This document shows, piece after piece, positions 60,370 through 64,000 of a stretch of DNA of 64,000 nt. The translations under genes and the position numbers were made by a program. Below the pieces are notes generated by a model. That model was not told the origin of the DNA, ran no database searches, and worked only from the letters and a program-made list of their open reading frames with translations. Source of the stretch: the human T2T-CHM13v2.0 reference genome, Homo sapiens. How positions within the stretch are numbered: position 1 is the first letter of the stretch; every line of letters starts with the position of its first letter. The stretch is taken from NCBI RefSeq assembly GCF_009914755.1, contig NC_060930.1. One strand, 5' to 3'.

Positions 60370-60910
60370 TTAAAAAATTAATACTTTAAAAAAATTTGAA
60401 ATATCACAGACTTACAGAAAATTAAGTAGAAAATAGCAACTTTTTCTTTAAACCATTTGAGAATAAGTTCCCAGCCTGATGTCTTGGCACCCCCAATACT
60501 TGTTAGTGTTTATTTCCTTCAAACAGAACATTTTCCTGCATAACCACAATTCAACATCCAAATAAGAAAATTAATGTTTATAAGTTACTACCATCTAACC
60601 TCCAGACCCCATTCAAGTTTCACCAGTTTTCTCAATCACATTCCACAGGCAATTTTAATTCACATGTATTATTTAGTTGTCACGTCTCTTTAATCTCCTT
60701 CAGTCTGCAATAGATTCTTAGTTTCTCTTAGATTTTCATGGACTTTGTTACTTTTGAAGATTATCAGCAGTTATTTTGTATCTCTCAGTTTGGGTTTATC
60801 TGATGTTTCTGCCTAGATTCAAGTTAGACATTTCAAGTAGTACTGTAACAGAAGTTATGCTATGTTCTTTTCATTGCATTCTATCAGATTACATGATTTT
60901 GATTCAGCCC
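60370..60910 (-). mobile_element. Old L1MC/ME 3' fragment
   Basis: aaaccatttgagaataagtt...cataaccacaat...tttagttgtcacgtctctttaatctccttcagtctg. Confidence 0.6.
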
Positions 60911-61142
60911 AATTCTGATTGACTTTATCAAAATTTATCCATTCTATTGTTGATAGGCATTTGGCTTTTGTTTTCTTTTTTTTTTTTTGGTTATCACAAA
61001 TACTGCTGCTCTGAACATTGTAGCACATATTTTGGAAAACATATTTCTGTTGGTTATGTGTTTAGGAATGGAATTGTAGGGTATTGAGTATATCTGTGTA
61101 CAGCTTTAATGGATTTAGATTTACTTTAAATGGATTTATTCT

Positions 61143-61731
<589 letters not shown>

Positions 61732-62829
61732 TTAGGGCTGTGGCGAAGTAGAAATCTAAACCTATTGCTATGGTCTCTTTATTACTGTCCTTTCCATTGA
61801 GGAAGGTTTTGACCTTGGAGTATGTAATTGAAAACTTTCAGCTTTATAAATGGAAATATTCTTGTAGGATAAGAAAAAGTACCCTAAAGTAGATTTTTTG
61901 AAAGGTATTTTGATGAGTGGTAGAGGATGAAATAAATGGTTCTGGGGGAAGTTGTAAATTGATGAGAGTTTTACCCCAGGTGACAACTGAAAGCTTATTC
62001 TTAACCTGTGACCATATGACTTTTATAATATGACTATCTAGCTTTTGAACATGGTTTAGGACTGATAAAAAATTGACATTACTTTTTCCTTTGATAGGAA
62101 CTCTGTGGCCCAGAACCTTCCCTTTAAGTCCCAAGATTGTGCTAAGTATATCTCCTTTGTGTTCCCACAGCATTCTGCACACGACCAAATTACGGTGAAA
62201 TTATTCTCATTATGTGTTTTCCTCCTCAATTAAAATGTAAGTTCTTTGAGAGTGAGGAATTTCTCTTAATTCAAATTTTTATCTGGTATAGCATGTGGCA
62301 CATAGGGTTAGTGGTCAGTAAAATTTTATTGAACTGACAGATACCAAATAATGATATAAACTTGCTTTTGTTCACAGTTTACTGTTTATACATACTGTTA
62401 ATCCCACTATAAGTCACTGAGAGAGAAAGGGGTTATAATGTGCATTATATGGATGAGGAAAATGCAGCACAGAGAGGCCAAAGTAATTTGTCTAAGATTA
62501 TGTTGGCTAATAATTGCTGGAGCCCTGACTTGATCTCAGGTTTTCTGATTGTAATTCTTAGGGTCTTTTGATGGTAACTGTGCCTTTGTCAGGAGTTGTA
62601 TAACCAGGTGATTTAGGTCTTCAAACTCTGATAAAATATTCAAAGGTAAGTATATTAAGGTCCAGTCACAGAGCAGGCCCAAGGGGTGAATTTGGAGCTA
62701 CGGTAGAATAGATTGATAACCAGTTAGGGAAAAGAATGAGGGAAAGATAGATTTTTTTTGCTTCATATGGCAATTTTAGAAGCTATAGCCAGTTCTTTTA
62801 TTTAATGGTTTATTTTTAAATAACTTTTT

Positions 62830-64000
62830 ATTTGTTCATCCATGCATAGGTTTGGGTACTAGAGATACTACTTAACAAATTAGATGAGATTTCTTCTCTT
62901 ACAAAGCTTATATTCTAGTGGGAGACAGACAATTACTGAAGAAATAAACAATAACAATATTGTAAATGACATGAAGGAGCCAGCTGAACAAATATAGAGG
63001 AAACTGCATTCCAGGCAGGAAAAGTCACTAATGCAAAGGCCCCCAAAGGGAGGAATCTTGGCCTTTTTTTTTAGAATCAAAAAGGCCAGTGTAGCTAGAG
63101 CATAGTGAGCTACGGTAGAGTGCTACCATGTGAGGCTGCAATGGCTAGGTGTAGACTCTGTGAGACTTTGAGGTAGAGTCCCAGGGTAAAGAGTTTGATT
63201 TTTTTTTAGCCTAATGTAGTTGAAAGACATTGGATGATTTTGAATAAGTGAGTGATATGATCTGATTTATGTTTTAAATAGATGACTGTGGCTGCTGCTT
63301 GAAAGCCATTTTGGAGGATAAAAAAGGAATGGAAGCGGGAGGACTAGTCTGGAAGTTTTCACATTAATCTAGATAGTGGCTTGAAATGGATTGGTTGTGG
63401 TGATATGACTGACAGAAGTCAGTGGATTTCAGTTAGTTTTTAAAGTAATATTGACATGGTGGATTGGTTGTGAGAGAAAGAGAAGAATCAGCATAATGAT
63501 GATGATGATGAGAGCTTAAGCATAGTGAAAATTTAATATTTGCCAAGTGCTATTCTAAATGCTTTATATGAATTAATGCATTTAGTCTTTATGGTAACCC
63601 TATAAGGCAGGTACCATTATCACTCTCTGAGGCTTGTAGTATCTTTATACAGGTAGTGAGGAGCAGAAGCAGGATTTGAATCCATACAGTCTGGCATCAA
63701 GGTCTATGTTCTTGACCATTATATTACACTGCCTAGAATTTTGGCTTGAATAATTTATTAGGGGGTGATGCCTTTGCCAAGATGTAGAAGACTCCGAGAA
63801 AAATATGTAAAATAAAATAAAGAGTTCTATTCTGACCACGTTAAGTAGAAGGTGCTTATTGGTTACACAAATGGAGATGGCAAGTTTGAAGTTGGATTTG
63901 AGTGTCTAAATTTTTGGGGAGGAGAATGTGCAGCCATGAGACTCCAGGAAGAGTGTGGGATGTCAGTGGAGAAGAGAGGGGGCCCACAGCTGAGCTTGGT
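62830..64000. mobile_element. L2 fragments interrupted by a MIR (~63500-63735)
   Basis: atgcaaaggccccc...gatatgatctgatttatgtttt (L2); caggatttgaatccatacagtctggc (MIR). Confidence 0.6.

Overview
Human genomic DNA from inside PRIM2 (DNA primase large subunit p58, + strand). The window holds three coding exons (965-1085, 54940-55035, 57070-57207; exons 5-7 by my recollection of the gene model), separated by a 53.9-kb intron and a 2.0-kb intron. The introns are dense with repeats. These include a near-full-length sense L1PA3/PA2 with a TSD, which lacks its 5' YY1 site and the 129-bp ZNF93 segment, has dead ORF1/ORF2 and an open antisense ORF0. There are also older L1 fragments, about 20 Alus (one a nearly consensus AluYg6), solo LTRs (THE1, MER41B with an intact STAT1 GAS site, MER31-like, MLT1) and DNA-transposon relics (MER1B, Tigger4a). 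The most unusual element is an isolated ~1.75-monomer, 171-bp-period alpha-satellite-like island about 1.9 kb upstream of exon 6. Repeat family names come from recalled consensus sequences, and repeat boundaries are approximate unless a TSD is given.
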